Shown: positions 10,594-20,816, numbered from the stretch's first letter. The stretch: 64,000 nt of DNA from Vicinamibacterales bacterium (GCA_036381155.1 DASVDJ010000159.1:19291-83290); one strand, 5' to 3'. Numbers and translations are program-made. The notes: generated by a model not told the origin, from the sequence alone.

Positions 10594-11676
10594 ATGATGG
10601 TCCGTCCGATGTTCCGCACGCGGGCGGGCGCGGGACTCGGCGCCGCGCTCCTGCTGCTCGCCCTCGACGTCCCCGCCGCGCGCCAGCCTGACAGCCAGGC
10701 CGGCGGCGACGCGCAGGCTCCTGGCCTGCAGATCCATTTCGTCGACACGGAAGGTGGCGCCGCCACGCTCATCACGACGCCGGCCGGCGAGTCCATCCTC
10801 ATCGACTCCGGCAATCCCGGCGACCGCGACGCCGGGCGCATCGTCGACGCCGCGCGCCAGGCGGGCGTGACCGAGATCACGCACTACATCACCACGCACT
10901 GGCACAGCGATCACGTCGGCGGCATCGGCACCGTCGCGCGCACCCTGCCGGTGCGCAACATCTACGGTCACCAGATTCCCGACCCGCTGCCCCGCGACAT
11001 CAACCCCGAGCTGATGGCCGCCTGGCGCTCGCTGTCGCCGACGCCGCGCATGCTCGCCGCCGGGGACACGATCGAGCTCAAGGGCCGGCGGGGCACGCCG
11101 CGTCCGGTCATCCGGGTGCTCGCGGCCGACGCGCGCGTCGAGGGAGAACCGGCCGGCGCCCCGCCCGTCGTCACCTGTGACGACGGGCACGAGGCCAGGC
11201 CGGAGGACACGTCGGACAACGCACGCAGCCTTGCGCTGCACCTCACCTACGGACGCTTCGATCTCTTCGCGGGCGGCGATCTGACCTGGAACATCGAGCA
11301 CAAGCTGACCTGCCCCCACCGTCGTGTGCCGCAGGTCGACGTCTATCTCGTCAACCATCACGGCATGGACTCGAGCAATCATCCCGCGCTCATCGCCGCG
11401 CTCGCGCCGGAAGTGGCCGTCGTCAACAACGGTCCCCGCAAGGGCGCCGAGCCCCGGACGATGGAGACGGTGCTGAAGCAGGTGGGCGACCTGGGCGTGT
11501 TCCAGCTGCACCGGAACGTCAGGCCCGGCGCCATCAACGCCGAGCGGTCGCGCATCGTCAACGACGCCGAGGCGTGCCAGGGGTTGCCGCTCCGGTTGCG
11601 GGTCGACCCCCGCGGCGACCGTTACACCGTCTACGTCCCGTCGCGTGACGCGGAGCGCGTCTTCCAGTCGCGCTGA
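10594..11676 (+). CDS. secreted MBL-fold metallo-hydrolase
   Basis: HWHSDHVGG matches HxHxDH. Signal peptide present. Confidence 0.8.
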   Translation: MMVRPMFRTRAGAGLGAALLLLALDVPAARQPDSQAGGDAQAPGLQIHFVDTEGGAATLITTPAGESILIDSGNPGDRDAGRIVDAARQAGVTEITHYITTHWHSDHVGGIGTVARTLPVRNIYGHQIPDPLPRDINPELMAAWRSLSPTPRMLAAGDTIELKGRRGTPRPVIRVLAADARVEGEPAGAPPVVTCDDGHEARPEDTSDNARSLALHLTYGRFDLFAGGDLTWNIEHKLTCPHRRVPQVDVYLVNHHGMDSSNHPALIAALAPEVAVVNNGPRKGAEPRTMETVLKQVGDLGVFQLHRNVRPGAINAERSRIVNDAEACQGLPLRLRVDPRGDRYTVYVPSRDAERVFQSR

Positions 11677-11682
11677 TCTCCC

Positions 11683-13599
11683 ATGCGGATCACATCGCTC
11701 ACCACGTGCGCGCTGCTGACGGTGGCGATCGGCTGCGGCTCGCCGGCGCAGGAGCCGGTGCGTCCGTCGTCTGATCCCTCGCAGCGCTTCTCGACCCTCG
11801 CGGCGATCACGCCGGACAATGTCACCCGGCTCGAGGTCGCCTGGACCGCGCACACGGGCGAGTTCGCCGGTGGGCGCGGCCCGAATCCCGGCCGCCCCGT
11901 CCCCGGGTTCCAGACGCGGCCCGTCCTCGCCGGCGACCGGCTGATCATCACGACCACGACGAGCAAGGTGATCGCGCTCGATCCGGAAACGGGCGCGGAG
12001 ATGTGGCGGTTCGATCCGTTCGCGACGCGCCCGCGCACGTGCGAGGCGCCGCACCGCGGCGTTGCGGTGTGGCCGGCCGCCGGCGCGCCGCCGGACGGGG
12101 CGTTCACGATCGTCTCGGGGACCTGTGACGGCCGGCTCGTCGCGCTCGACGCGCGCACGGGGCAGCCGCTGTCCTCGTTCGGCGATGGCGGCGAGCTCGA
12201 TCTGCGTCCCGGCGTGGACGCGCGTGACGGCGAAGAATACTCGGTGACGACGCCGCCGGCGATCTACCAGGATCTGGTGATCGTCGGGACGGCGCTGCCG
12301 GAAGGCACGCCGCACGGCCCGTCCGGCGACGTGCGCGCGTTCGACGTGCGGACCGGCCGCGAGGTCTGGCGTTTCCACACCGTGCCGCGGGATGGCGAGC
12401 CCGGTGCGGACACCTGGAGCGACGGCGCGCGTGAGCGGCGGACCGGCGTCAACGCGTGGTCCGCGATCACCGTCGATCACGAGCGCGGGCTGATCTTCGC
12501 GCCGCTCGGGTCGCCGGCCTACGACTTCTACGGCGGCGACCGCGTCGGACGCAACCTGTACGGGAACGCGCTGGTCGCGCTGGACGGGTCGACCGGCAGG
12601 CTGCGCTGGCACCAGCAGCTGGTCCATCACGACATCTGGGACTACGACCTGCCCGCGGCACCCATCCTCGTCGATATCGATCGTGCGGGACGGACGATTC
12701 CCGCGGTCGTGCAGCTGACGAAGATGGGGCTCGTCTTCGTCTTCGATCGCACGACCGGCGAGCCGGTGTTCGGCATCGAGGAGCGGCCGGTGCCGGCCAG
12801 CACGGTGCCGGGCGAGCAGACCTGGCCGACGCAGCCGTTCCCGGTGAAGCCGCCGCCGCTGTCGCGGATTGCGCCGCTCACCAGGGACGACCTCACCGAC
12901 GTCACGCCCGAATCGCAGCGCGAGTGCGCGGCGATGTTCGACCAGGCCGTCAGCGGCGGGTTGTACACGCCGCCGGGGCTGGAGCTGACGATCGTGTTTC
13001 CGGGGACGCTCGGCGGCGCCACCTGGTCCGGCGGCGCCGTCGACCCGTCGCGCGGCTATCTCTTCGTGAACACGAACGAGGTCGGCGCCATTGCGCGGAT
13101 GGCGGCGCAGCCGCCCGGCGCGCCGACGCCGTACCGGCGGACCAGTCCGTGGGGCGAGTACGCGCGGTTCTGGGATTCGAACCGGCTGCCGTGCGGCAAG
13201 CCGCCGTGGGGGCGGCTGCACGCGGTCGACCTGCGCACCGGCGAGATCGCGTGGCAGGTGCCGCTCGGCAACGCGCCGCAGCTGGCCTCGCGCGGCATCA
13301 CCGGCACCGGCACGCCGAGCCTCGGCGGTGCGATCGCAACCGCCACCGGTCTCGTCTTCATCGCGGGCACGAACGACGCGCGCCTGCGCGCGTTCGCGGC
13401 CGACTCGGGCCAGCAGCTCTGGGAGGCCGCGCTGCCGGCCAGCGGACATGCGACGCCGGTGACCTATGCCGGTCCGCGCTCGGGCCGCCAGTTCGTCGTG
13501 GTCGCCGCAGGTGGCGGCGGGCGCTTCTCATCGGACGTGAGCGATGCAGTCGTGGCCTTCGCGCTGCCCGCGGACCCGCAGCCGAGCGGCCGCAACTGA
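11683..13599 (+). CDS. PQQ-dependent (quinoprotein) sugar dehydrogenase, lipoprotein
   Basis: Lipobox LTVAIGC. LRWHQQLVHHDIWDYDLPAAP is typical of quinoprotein glucose dehydrogenases. Confidence 0.8.
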   Translation: MRITSLTTCALLTVAIGCGSPAQEPVRPSSDPSQRFSTLAAITPDNVTRLEVAWTAHTGEFAGGRGPNPGRPVPGFQTRPVLAGDRLIITTTTSKVIALDPETGAEMWRFDPFATRPRTCEAPHRGVAVWPAAGAPPDGAFTIVSGTCDGRLVALDARTGQPLSSFGDGGELDLRPGVDARDGEEYSVTTPPAIYQDLVIVGTALPEGTPHGPSGDVRAFDVRTGREVWRFHTVPRDGEPGADTWSDGARERRTGVNAWSAITVDHERGLIFAPLGSPAYDFYGGDRVGRNLYGNALVALDGSTGRLRWHQQLVHHDIWDYDLPAAPILVDIDRAGRTIPAVVQLTKMGLVFVFDRTTGEPVFGIEERPVPASTVPGEQTWPTQPFPVKPPPLSRIAPLTRDDLTDVTPESQRECAAMFDQAVSGGLYTPPGLELTIVFPGTLGGATWSGGAVDPSRGYLFVNTNEVGAIARMAAQPPGAPTPYRRTSPWGEYARFWDSNRLPCGKPPWGRLHAVDLRTGEIAWQVPLGNAPQLASRGITGTGTPSLGGAIATATGLVFIAGTNDARLRAFAADSGQQLWEAALPASGHATPVTYAGPRSGRQFVVVAAGGGGRFSSDVSDAVVAFALPADPQPSGRN

Positions 13600-13678
13600 T
13601 GGGCTGTCGGTCGGCGGCCGCGCAACGATCACATACTGGCCTGTGGGCGGGGCGTCGGCTCCGCGCGGGAGCGTGTGA

Positions 13679-15133
13679 ATGAGCATTCCGGTTTTCAGGA
13701 ACTTCATCGGCGGCGAGTGGGTCGCCGCCGCCAGCGGCGCGACGTTCGAGAATCGCAACCCCGCCGACACGGACGACATCGTCGGGCTCTTCCAGCAGTC
13801 CGATGCGTCCGATGCGCGGCAGGCGATCGACGCGGCCGCGGCGGCGCAGCCGAAATGGGCCGCCGTCCCCGCGCCGAAGCGCGGCGAGATCCTGCATCGT
13901 GCCGCGGCGCTGCTCGAGGCGCGCGCCGAGCAGGTGGCGCGCGAGATGACGCGCGAAGAAGGCAAGACGCTGCCCGAGGCGCGCGGCGAGGTCGGGCGCG
14001 CCATCAACATCCTCCGCTACTTCGGCGGGGAAGGGGCCCGACTCGGCGGTCATCACGTGCCGTCGGAGCGGCCCCGCGTCTTCATCCAGACGCAGCGCCG
14101 CCCGCTCGGCGTCGTCGGGCTGATCACGCCGTGGAACTTCCCGATTGCCATTCCGGCGTGGAAGGCCGCGCCGGCGCTCGTGGCCGGCAACGCCGTCGTG
14201 CTGAAGCCCTCGGACCTGTCGCCGCTCTGCGCGCTGCGGCTCGTCGAGGTGCTGGACGAGGCGGGCGTGACGAAGGGGGCGATCAACTTCATCACCGGGC
14301 CGGGTTCGAAGGTCGGCCACGAGATCGTCACGAATCCGATTGTGAAGGCAATCTCGTTCACCGGCTCGGAGGCCACCGGCAGCGGGATCGCGGTGGAAGC
14401 GGCGAAGCGGCGCGCCCGCGTGCAGCTGGAGATGGGCGGCAAGAACCCGACCATCGTGCTCGCCGACGCCGATGTCGCCGACGCGGTCAACGTCGTCGTC
14501 AACGCGGCGTTCTTCTCGACGGGGCAGCGGTGCACGGCGACGTCGCGCGTCATCGTCGAGGAGCCGATCGTCGAGCGGTTCACCAGGGCGCTCGTGGAGC
14601 GCACGAAATCGTTGAAGGTCGGCAACGGCCTCGAGCCGGGCATCGAGATCGGGCCGTCGATCGACGAGCGGCAGCTGGCGACGGTGCTCGACTACGTCGG
14701 CGTCGGGACGAAGGAAGGGGCGCGGCTGCTCTGCGGCGGCGAGCGCCTGAGCGACGGGCCGTACGCGCGCGGGTTCTTCTCGTCGCCGGCGGTGCTCACC
14801 GACGTCGCGCCGACGATGCGGGTGGCGCAGGAGGAGATTTTCGGCCCGGTGCTCGGCGTGCTGCCGGCGCGCGACATCGATCACGCCGTCGAGATCGCCA
14901 ACTCCGTGCGCTACGGCCTGTCGGCCGCGATCTGCACGAGCTCGCTGACGAAGGCGTACGAGTTCATCAACCGCGTCGAAGCCGGGCTGGTGATGGTCAA
15001 CCTGCCGTCGGCGGGCGTCGAGTACCATGTGCCGTTCGGCGGCTCGAAGGCGTCGTCCATGGGGATGCGCGAGCAGGGGCCCGTGGCGATTGACTTCTAT
15101 ACGGAGTGGCAGACGGCGTACATCAAGTTCTGA
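13679..15133 (+). CDS. NAD(P)-dependent aldehyde dehydrogenase (ketoglutarate-semialdehyde dehydrogenase-like)
   Basis: 484 aa. LEMGGKNP and [12 protein letters not shown] are catalytic Glu/Cys motifs. Confidence 0.85.
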   Translation: MSIPVFRNFIGGEWVAAASGATFENRNPADTDDIVGLFQQSDASDARQAIDAAAAAQPKWAAVPAPKRGEILHRAAALLEARAEQVAREMTREEGKTLPEARGEVGRAINILRYFGGEGARLGGHHVPSERPRVFIQTQRRPLGVVGLITPWNFPIAIPAWKAAPALVAGNAVVLKPSDLSPLCALRLVEVLDEAGVTKGAINFITGPGSKVGHEIVTNPIVKAISFTGSEATGSGIAVEAAKRRARVQLEMGGKNPTIVLADADVADAVNVVVNAAFFSTGQRCTATSRVIVEEPIVERFTRALVERTKSLKVGNGLEPGIEIGPSIDERQLATVLDYVGVGTKEGARLLCGGERLSDGPYARGFFSSPAVLTDVAPTMRVAQEEIFGPVLGVLPARDIDHAVEIANSVRYGLSAAICTSSLTKAYEFINRVEAGLVMVNLPSAGVEYHVPFGGSKASSMGMREQGPVAIDFYTEWQTAYIKF

Positions 15134-15159
15134 TGCGGGTGTCAGGAGTGCGCCGGAAC

Positions 15160-15185
15160 GATCCGACCCGATTCGACCTGATCCC
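15160..15185. repeat. short copy of the GAYCYGATC nonamer tract
   Basis: gatccgacccgattcgacctgatccc, abutting the ATG at 15186. Confidence 0.6.
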
Positions 15186-16013
15186 ATGCACCTTTACCGT
15201 CTTGCCACGTCGATTCTCGTCAACGACTCCGGCCGGTGGTTCCGGCTGACCGACCCATGGGATGCGGTGGTGAACCGCGACGACCTGGCGGCCTGGCTGC
15301 GCGAGCAGGTTGCCGGCATGAAGCCGCTGACCGGGACGCCCGATCTCACCGGGCTGCAGCCGCCGATCCAGTCGCAGGAGGTGTGGGCGGCCGGCGTGAC
15401 GTACTACCGCAGCCGCACGGCGCGCATGGAGGAGGCGAAGAGCGCCGGCGGCGGCGACTTCTACGATCGCGTGTACGAAGCCGAACGGCCGGAGCTGTTC
15501 TTCAAGGCGACGCCGCATCGCGTGCGCGGGCACCAGCAGCCGGTGCGCCTGCGGAGCGACGGCAAATGGAACGTGCCCGAGCCCGAGCTGACGCTGATGG
15601 TGACGAGCGGCGGGCGCATCGTCGGCTACACGATCGGCAACGACATGAGCTCGCGGGACATCGAGGGGGAGAACCCGCTCTACCTGCCGCAGGCCAAGGT
15701 CTACGACGGCAGCTGTGCGCTGGGGCCGGGCCTGCTGGTCACAGAGGAGCCGCTGCCGCCGTCGACCGAGATCGTGCTGACGATCGCGCGCGGCGGCGCG
15801 CCCGTGTACGAAGGCCGGACGACGCTGGAGGCGATGCGGCGGACGCCGGAGGAGCTGGTCCGCTTCCTGTTCCGGGACAACACGTTTCCCGCCGGCTGCC
15901 TGCTGCTGACGGGAACCGGCATCGTGCCTCCCGACGACTTCACCCTGGCGCCGGGCGATGAGATCTCGATCGCCATCGAGCCGATCGGCACGCTCGTCAA
16001 CGTCGTGGCCTGA
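15186..16013 (+). CDS. fumarylacetoacetate hydrolase family protein (2-keto-3-deoxy-sugar-acid dehydratase-like)
   Basis: Track ORF 15027..16013 trimmed to MHLYRL at 15186. [31 protein letters not shown] is an FAH-fold segment. Confidence 0.75.
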   Translation: MHLYRLATSILVNDSGRWFRLTDPWDAVVNRDDLAAWLREQVAGMKPLTGTPDLTGLQPPIQSQEVWAAGVTYYRSRTARMEEAKSAGGGDFYDRVYEAERPELFFKATPHRVRGHQQPVRLRSDGKWNVPEPELTLMVTSGGRIVGYTIGNDMSSRDIEGENPLYLPQAKVYDGSCALGPGLLVTEEPLPPSTEIVLTIARGGAPVYEGRTTLEAMRRTPEELVRFLFRDNTFPAGCLLLTGTGIVPPDDFTLAPGDEISIAIEPIGTLVNVVA

Positions 16014-16016
16014 GCG

Positions 16017-17015
16017 ATGACCAGGCGTGAGCTGCTGCGGGCGGCCGCTGCCGGCTTCTTCGCGACGCGCGCGGTGCGGACCGCCGCGGCGGAGTCGATT
16101 CAGACCGTCACCGGATCGGTTGCGCCGGACGCGCTCGGCGTCGTGCTGCCGCACGAGCACGTGCTCGTGGACTTCATCGGCGCGGACCGCGTGAGCCCGG
16201 ATCGCTACGACCGGACCGCGGCGTTCGAGAAGGCGCTGCCGCATCTGCGGCGCCTCGTGTCGCTCGGCTGCCGCACGCTCGTCGAGTGCACGCCGGCCTT
16301 CATCGGCCGCGACCCCGTGCTGCTGCGCGATCTCGCAAAGGCGACGGGGCTCCACATTCTCACGAACACCGGCTATTACGGCGCCGCGAACGACAAGTTC
16401 CTGCCGCCGCACGCTTTCACGGAATCCGCGTCGGTGCTGGCGGCGCGCTGGATCCGCGAGGCGCGCGAGGGCATCGACGGCACCGGCATCCGCCCGGCGT
16501 TCATGAAGATCGGCGTCGACGCCGGGCCGCTCTCGGAGGTCGACGGGAAGCTGGTCGACGCGGCGGCCCAGACGACGAGGGAGACCGGGCTGCCGATCTG
16601 GTCGCACACCGGCGACGGCGTCGCGGCGATGGCGCAGATCGAGCGGCTCGCGCGCCACCGGGTGCCGCTCTCGCGGTTCGTCTGGGTGCACGCGCAGAAC
16701 GAGAAGGACCCGGCGGTGCACGCCAGGGCGGCGTCGCGCGGCGCGTGGGTGTCGTTCGACGGGCTGAGCGAGGCGAGCTTCGACCGGCACGTCGAGCTGA
16801 TTCTCGAGATGCGCCGGCGCGGCCTGCTCGGCCGCCTGCTGGTGTCGCACGACGCCGGGTGGTACCACGTCGGCGAGCCCGACGGCGGCACCTACCGCCC
16901 CCACGACCTGCTCTTCACCGACGGCCTGCCGGCGCTGCGGAAGCACGGGCTGTCGGACGCGGAGATCCGGCAGCTGATCGAAGAGAACCCGCGACGGGCG
17001 CTCGCCTCGAGCTGA
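16017..17015 (+). CDS. phosphotriesterase-family amidohydrolase (possible lactonase), Tat signal
   Basis: MTRRELLRAAAAG leader, LPHEHVLVDF HxH metal motif and GYYG segment. Confidence 0.75.
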   Translation: MTRRELLRAAAAGFFATRAVRTAAAESIQTVTGSVAPDALGVVLPHEHVLVDFIGADRVSPDRYDRTAAFEKALPHLRRLVSLGCRTLVECTPAFIGRDPVLLRDLAKATGLHILTNTGYYGAANDKFLPPHAFTESASVLAARWIREAREGIDGTGIRPAFMKIGVDAGPLSEVDGKLVDAAAQTTRETGLPIWSHTGDGVAAMAQIERLARHRVPLSRFVWVHAQNEKDPAVHARAASRGAWVSFDGLSEASFDRHVELILEMRRRGLLGRLLVSHDAGWYHVGEPDGGTYRPHDLLFTDGLPALRKHGLSDAEIRQLIEENPRRALASS

Positions 17016-17057
17016 TCAAGCGCAACTGGAAACGGGAAACGGGAAGGGCGAAGAACG

Positions 17058-17096
17058 CGGAGACTGTCGCTGGTCGCGTTCTTCGCGCGGGGCTTC
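17058..17096 (+). terminator. 12-bp-stem hairpin after the phosphotriesterase gene, preceded by a GGAAACG heptamer tract (17038-17056)
   Basis: GCGAAGAACGCG-15 nt-CGCGTTCTTCGC. No U-tract follows. Confidence 0.4.
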
Positions 17097-17106
17097 AGCC
17101 CGCCTC

Positions 17107-17325
17107 ATCGCCGAGCCCGCGACCACTTGCATGCGGGCGAGGCAGGACCTGATCGCCCGCGCGACCAGCGCGGGCGAGACCTGATCTGACCTGATCCGCC
17201 GAGCCCGCGACCACTCGCACGCGGGCGAGGCGGGACCTGATCCGCCCGCGCGCTCCGGTCACCCGCGCGGGCGGGACCTGATCCGACCTGATCCGACCTG
17301 ATCCGACCCGATCCGACCTGATCCC
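17107..17325. repeat. GACCTGATC-type composite repeat element, copy A
   Basis: Two internal units of cgccgagcccgcgaccac-tYgcaYgcgggcgaggcRggacctgatc plus a hairpin (gcccgcgcg..cgcgcgggc). Ends with a 3' run gacctgatccgacctgatccgacctgatccgacccgatccgacctgatc. Homologous to 40101-40264. Confidence 0.8.
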
Positions 17326-17339
17326 CCACATCTTGTGTC

Positions 17340-17385
17340 TTGATCCCCGAAAACCGGCTCGTTATGATGGCGAAGAAAAAGCGAA
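17340..17385 (+). promoter_or_regulatory. sigma70-like promoter of dnaE2 plus CGAA-N7-CGAA repeat abutting the start codon
   Basis: TTGATC (17340-17345), 17-nt spacer, TATGAT (17363-17368). GCGAAGAAAAAGCGAA follows at 17370-17385, and the ATG starts at 17386. Confidence 0.5.
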
Positions 17386-20300
17386 ATGTTGGGCTATATC
17401 GAACTCAACGCCGCCTCGGCGTTCTCCTTCCTCCAGGGGGCGTCGCTGCCCGAGACCCTGGCCGAACGGGCGGCGGCGCTCGGGTATCCGGCGCTCGCGC
17501 TGATCGACCGCGACGGGGTGTACGGCCTGCCCCGGTTCCACAGGGCTGCCACGCAGCTCGGCATCAAGCCGCTCGTCGGCGCCGCGCTGACGATCGCCGA
17601 CGCGCCGCTCGATCCGGGGGGGCGCGTGAACGGCGGTGGGCACGCGACGGCGCGGCGGCGCCGCGGCGACACCTGGACGCTGCCGCTGCTCGTCGCCTCG
17701 CGCGAGGGCTATCAGAATCTCTGCCGGCTCATCACGAAGATGAAGCTGCGCGCCCCGAAGGGGGAAGGGGCGCTGACGCTCGAGGAGCTCGACGGCCACG
17801 TCGGCGGGCTCGTCGCCATCGCCGGCCGCGCGCTGCTGCGGGGAGGGCGGCACGGGGTCGCCGGGCTGCTCGACCGGCTGATCGGCATCTTCGGGCGCGA
17901 TCGCGTCTACGTCGAGCTGCAGCGGCACCTCGATCGCGAGGAGGCGATCGACAACGAGTCGCTCGTCGACCTCGCGGCGGCGTACCGCGTCCCGCTGCTG
18001 GCGACCAACGGCGTGCGGTTCGCGTCGCCCGACGAGCGGCCGCTGCACGACGTGTTCCTCTGCCTGCATCACGGCACCACGCTGGCGGAAGCCGGGCGCC
18101 GGCTGTCGGCGAACGCCGAGCGCTTCCTGAAGTCGCCGGAGGCGATGGCGGCGTTGTTCGCGGATCGGCCCGAGGCCGTGGCGGCGACGCGCGAGCTCGC
18201 GGACCGCCTCGAGTACACGATGGCCGATCTCGGCTACCGCTTCCCGGAATACCCCGTCCCGCCGGGCGAGACGATGCAGTCGTTCCTCGAGAAGATCACG
18301 CAGGTCGGGGCGCGGGAGCGGTACCGGCCGTATCACGACCGCGCGCGCGCGCAGGTCGCGCGCGAGCTCGCGCTCATCGACAAGCTCGATCTCGCCGGCT
18401 ACTTCCTCATCGTCTGGGACATCGTCAACTTCTGCCGCCAGCACGGGATCCTCGTGCAGGGGCGCGGGTCGGCGGCCAACAGCGCCGTCTGCTACAGCCT
18501 GGGCATCACCGCGGTCGACCCGGTCGGCATGGACCTGCTCTTCGAGCGCTTCCTCTCGGAGGAGCGCGGGGAGTGGCCCGACATCGACCTCGACCTGCCG
18601 AGCGGCGAGCGGCGCGAGCGCGTCATCCAGTACGTCTACGAACGCTACGGGCAGCTGGGGGCCGCGATGACGGCCAATGTCATCACGTACCGCGCGCGCA
18701 GCGCGACGCGCGAGGTCGGCAAGGTGCTCGGGTTCGATCCGGCGCTCGTCGACCGGCTGGCGAAGCTGATGGGGCGCTTCGAGTACGTCGACAGCAGCGA
18801 GACGCTGACGCGCCACCTGCGCGAGGCGAACGTCGACACGTCCGATCCCCGGATCCGCCGGTTCGCCGACCTGTGGCACCGGATGCAGGACCTGCCGCGC
18901 CATCTCGGCCAGCACAGCGGCGGCATGGTGATCTGCCAGGGACGTCTCGACAGCGTCGTCCCGCTGGAGAACGCCTCCATGCCCGGCCGCGTCGTCGTGC
19001 AGTGGGACAAGGACGACTGCGCCGACATGGGGATCATCAAGGTGGACCTGCTGGGCCTCGGGATGATGGCCGTGCTGCAGGACGCGCTGGCGCTGATCAA
19101 CTCGGAGGGAAGCGGGGCGCGCGCGGAGACGGGCAGCCAGCCGGCGCCGCGGGTGGAGCTGGCGCACCTGCCGCAGAACGATCCGGCCGTCTACCGGATG
19201 CTGCAGGAGGCCGACACGGTGGGGCTGTTCCAGGTCGAGTCGCGGGCGCAGATGGCGACGCTGCCGCGGCTGAAGCCGAAGTGCTTCTACGACCTCGTCG
19301 TGCAGGTCGCGATCATCCGGCCCGGGCCAATCGTCGGGCAGATGGTGCATCCGTACCTCAACCGGCGCGCCGGCCGCGAGCCGGTGACGTATCCGCATCC
19401 GTCGCTCGAGCCGATCCTCGCGCGCACGCTGGGCGTGCCGCTCTTCCAGGAGCAGCTGCTCCGGATCGCGATGGTGGCGGCGGGATTCACCGGCGGGCAG
19501 GCCGAGGAGCTGCGGCGCGCGATGGGATTCAAGCGATCGGAGAAGCGCATGCGGGCCATCGAGCAGCAGCTGCGCGACGGGATGGCGGCGCGCGGGATCA
19601 CGGGAGAGGCGGCGGAGGCGATCATCACGTCGATCACCTCCTTCGCGCTGTATGGATTCCCCGAGTCGCACGCGGCGAGCTTCGCGCTGCTGGCCTATGC
19701 CAGCGCGTACCTGAAGGTGCACTACCCGTCGGCCTTCTACGCCGGGCTGCTCAACAACCAGCCGATGGGCTTCTACCATCCGGCGACGCTCGTGAAGGAC
19801 GCGCAGCGGCGCGGCGTCCACTTCGCGCCGATCGACATCGAGGTCTCCGACTGGGACTGCACGATCGAGGCGGACGGCCGCATCCGGCTGGGGCTGCGCT
19901 ACGTGACGGGACTGCGCGAACAGGTCGGGCGCGCCATCGCTGCGGTGCGCCCGGCCGACCCGCCGCGGCCGTCGCGCTGTCCGAAGTGCGGCTGCGACGA
20001 CCCGTCGCTGCTCGAGGTCGCGCCGCAGGGGCGCGAGGCCGGCGTCTGGGCCTGCTTCTGCAACCTGTGCGCGCACGACTGGACCGCGCCGCGCGGTGCC
20101 GCGCGGAAGTTCACCTCGATCGAGGATCTGATCCGGAAGACCGGCGCGCGCCGGGACGAGCTGACCGTGCTCGCCGAGATCGGCGCGCTCGCGTCGCTCG
20201 GCTACGACCGGCGCGGCGCGCTGTGGCAGGTCGAAAAGGCCGTGCGGCCCGATCTCGCCCTGCGGATGGACGAGCCGGACGGGGAGGCCGCCGCCCCGTC

Positions 20301-20757
20301 AGTCGACGAGGAGGCGCCCGCTTTGATGCCGCTGCGCCCGATGAACCCGCTGGAGCGGATGACGGCCGACTTCGCGGGCACGGGGCTGACCATCGGCCCG
20401 CATCCGATGGCGTTCCATCGCCGCGCGCTCGCGCTGATGGGGGTGCTGCGCGCGATCGACCTGCCGCGGCAGCGTCCCGGCCGCCGCGTGCGGATTGCCG
20501 GCTGCGTCATCACGCGGCAGCGTCCCGGCACGGCCAAGGGGTTCGTGTTCCTGACGCTCGAGGACGAGACCGGCATCAGCAACGTGATCGTCCGGCCGCA
20601 CGTCTTCGAGGAGCAGCGCGCGGTGATCATCGAGTCGCACTTCGTGATGGTCGAAGGGCTGCTGCAGCAGGAGGATGGCGTCACCGCGGTTCGGGCGGAT
20701 CGGGTTCGGCCGCTGGAGGGGGTGCCGGTGGAAATCGAGTCGCACGACTTCCATTGA
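17386..20757 (+). CDS. dnaE2: error-prone DNA polymerase III alpha-like subunit DnaE2 (ImuC)
   Basis: 1123 aa. YIELNAASAFSFLQGAS PHP-domain start and a Pol III alpha body. Confidence 0.9.
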   Translation: MLGYIELNAASAFSFLQGASLPETLAERAAALGYPALALIDRDGVYGLPRFHRAATQLGIKPLVGAALTIADAPLDPGGRVNGGGHATARRRRGDTWTLPLLVASREGYQNLCRLITKMKLRAPKGEGALTLEELDGHVGGLVAIAGRALLRGGRHGVAGLLDRLIGIFGRDRVYVELQRHLDREEAIDNESLVDLAAAYRVPLLATNGVRFASPDERPLHDVFLCLHHGTTLAEAGRRLSANAERFLKSPEAMAALFADRPEAVAATRELADRLEYTMADLGYRFPEYPVPPGETMQSFLEKITQVGARERYRPYHDRARAQVARELALIDKLDLAGYFLIVWDIVNFCRQHGILVQGRGSAANSAVCYSLGITAVDPVGMDLLFERFLSEERGEWPDIDLDLPSGERRERVIQYVYERYGQLGAAMTANVITYRARSATREVGKVLGFDPALVDRLAKLMGRFEYVDSSETLTRHLREANVDTSDPRIRRFADLWHRMQDLPRHLGQHSGGMVICQGRLDSVVPLENASMPGRVVVQWDKDDCADMGIIKVDLLGLGMMAVLQDALALINSEGSGARAETGSQPAPRVELAHLPQNDPAVYRMLQEADTVGLFQVESRAQMATLPRLKPKCFYDLVVQVAIIRPGPIVGQMVHPYLNRRAGREPVTYPHPSLEPILARTLGVPLFQEQLLRIAMVAAGFTGGQAEELRRAMGFKRSEKRMRAIEQQLRDGMAARGITGEAAEAIITSITSFALYGFPESHAASFALLAYASAYLKVHYPSAFYAGLLNNQPMGFYHPATLVKDAQRRGVHFAPIDIEVSDWDCTIEADGRIRLGLRYVTGLREQVGRAIAAVRPADPPRPSRCPKCGCDDPSLLEVAPQGREAGVWACFCNLCAHDWTAPRGAARKFTSIEDLIRKTGARRDELTVLAEIGALASLGYDRRGALWQVEKAVRPDLALRMDEPDGEAAAPSVDEEAPALMPLRPMNPLERMTADFAGTGLTIGPHPMAFHRRALALMGVLRAIDLPRQRPGRRVRIAGCVITRQRPGTAKGFVFLTLEDETGISNVIVRPHVFEEQRAVIIESHFVMVEGLLQQEDGVTAVRADRVRPLEGVPVEIESHDFH

Positions 20758-20816
20758 GCCACCGGCTGGAGCGGGGCCTCGTGTCCGTGCGTGAAGGCCG
20801 GCCCCTGGTGACAGTT

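Noticed and set aside
10579-13449. 956-aa minus-strand ORF. Similar very long ORFs are 17362..20076 (-), 46466..49858 (-), 41410..43626 (-), 44335..46302 (-), 13358..15187 (-), 36027..38084 (-), 4520..6334 (-), 2646..4418 (+) and 30906..33104 (+).
   Set aside because: All lie antisense to, or out of frame with, genes that have clear family motifs. Their translations are Arg/Ala/Gly/Pro/Asp-rich low-complexity strings, typical of stop-codon-poor alternative frames in ~70% GC DNA.
17107-17325. Possibility that the short tandem repeats (here, 27211-27570, 34624-34929, 40101-40264) are CRISPR arrays.
   Set aside because: The repeat units are only 7-9 nt and directly abutting, with no unique spacers of about 30 nt. 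There are no cas genes in the window.
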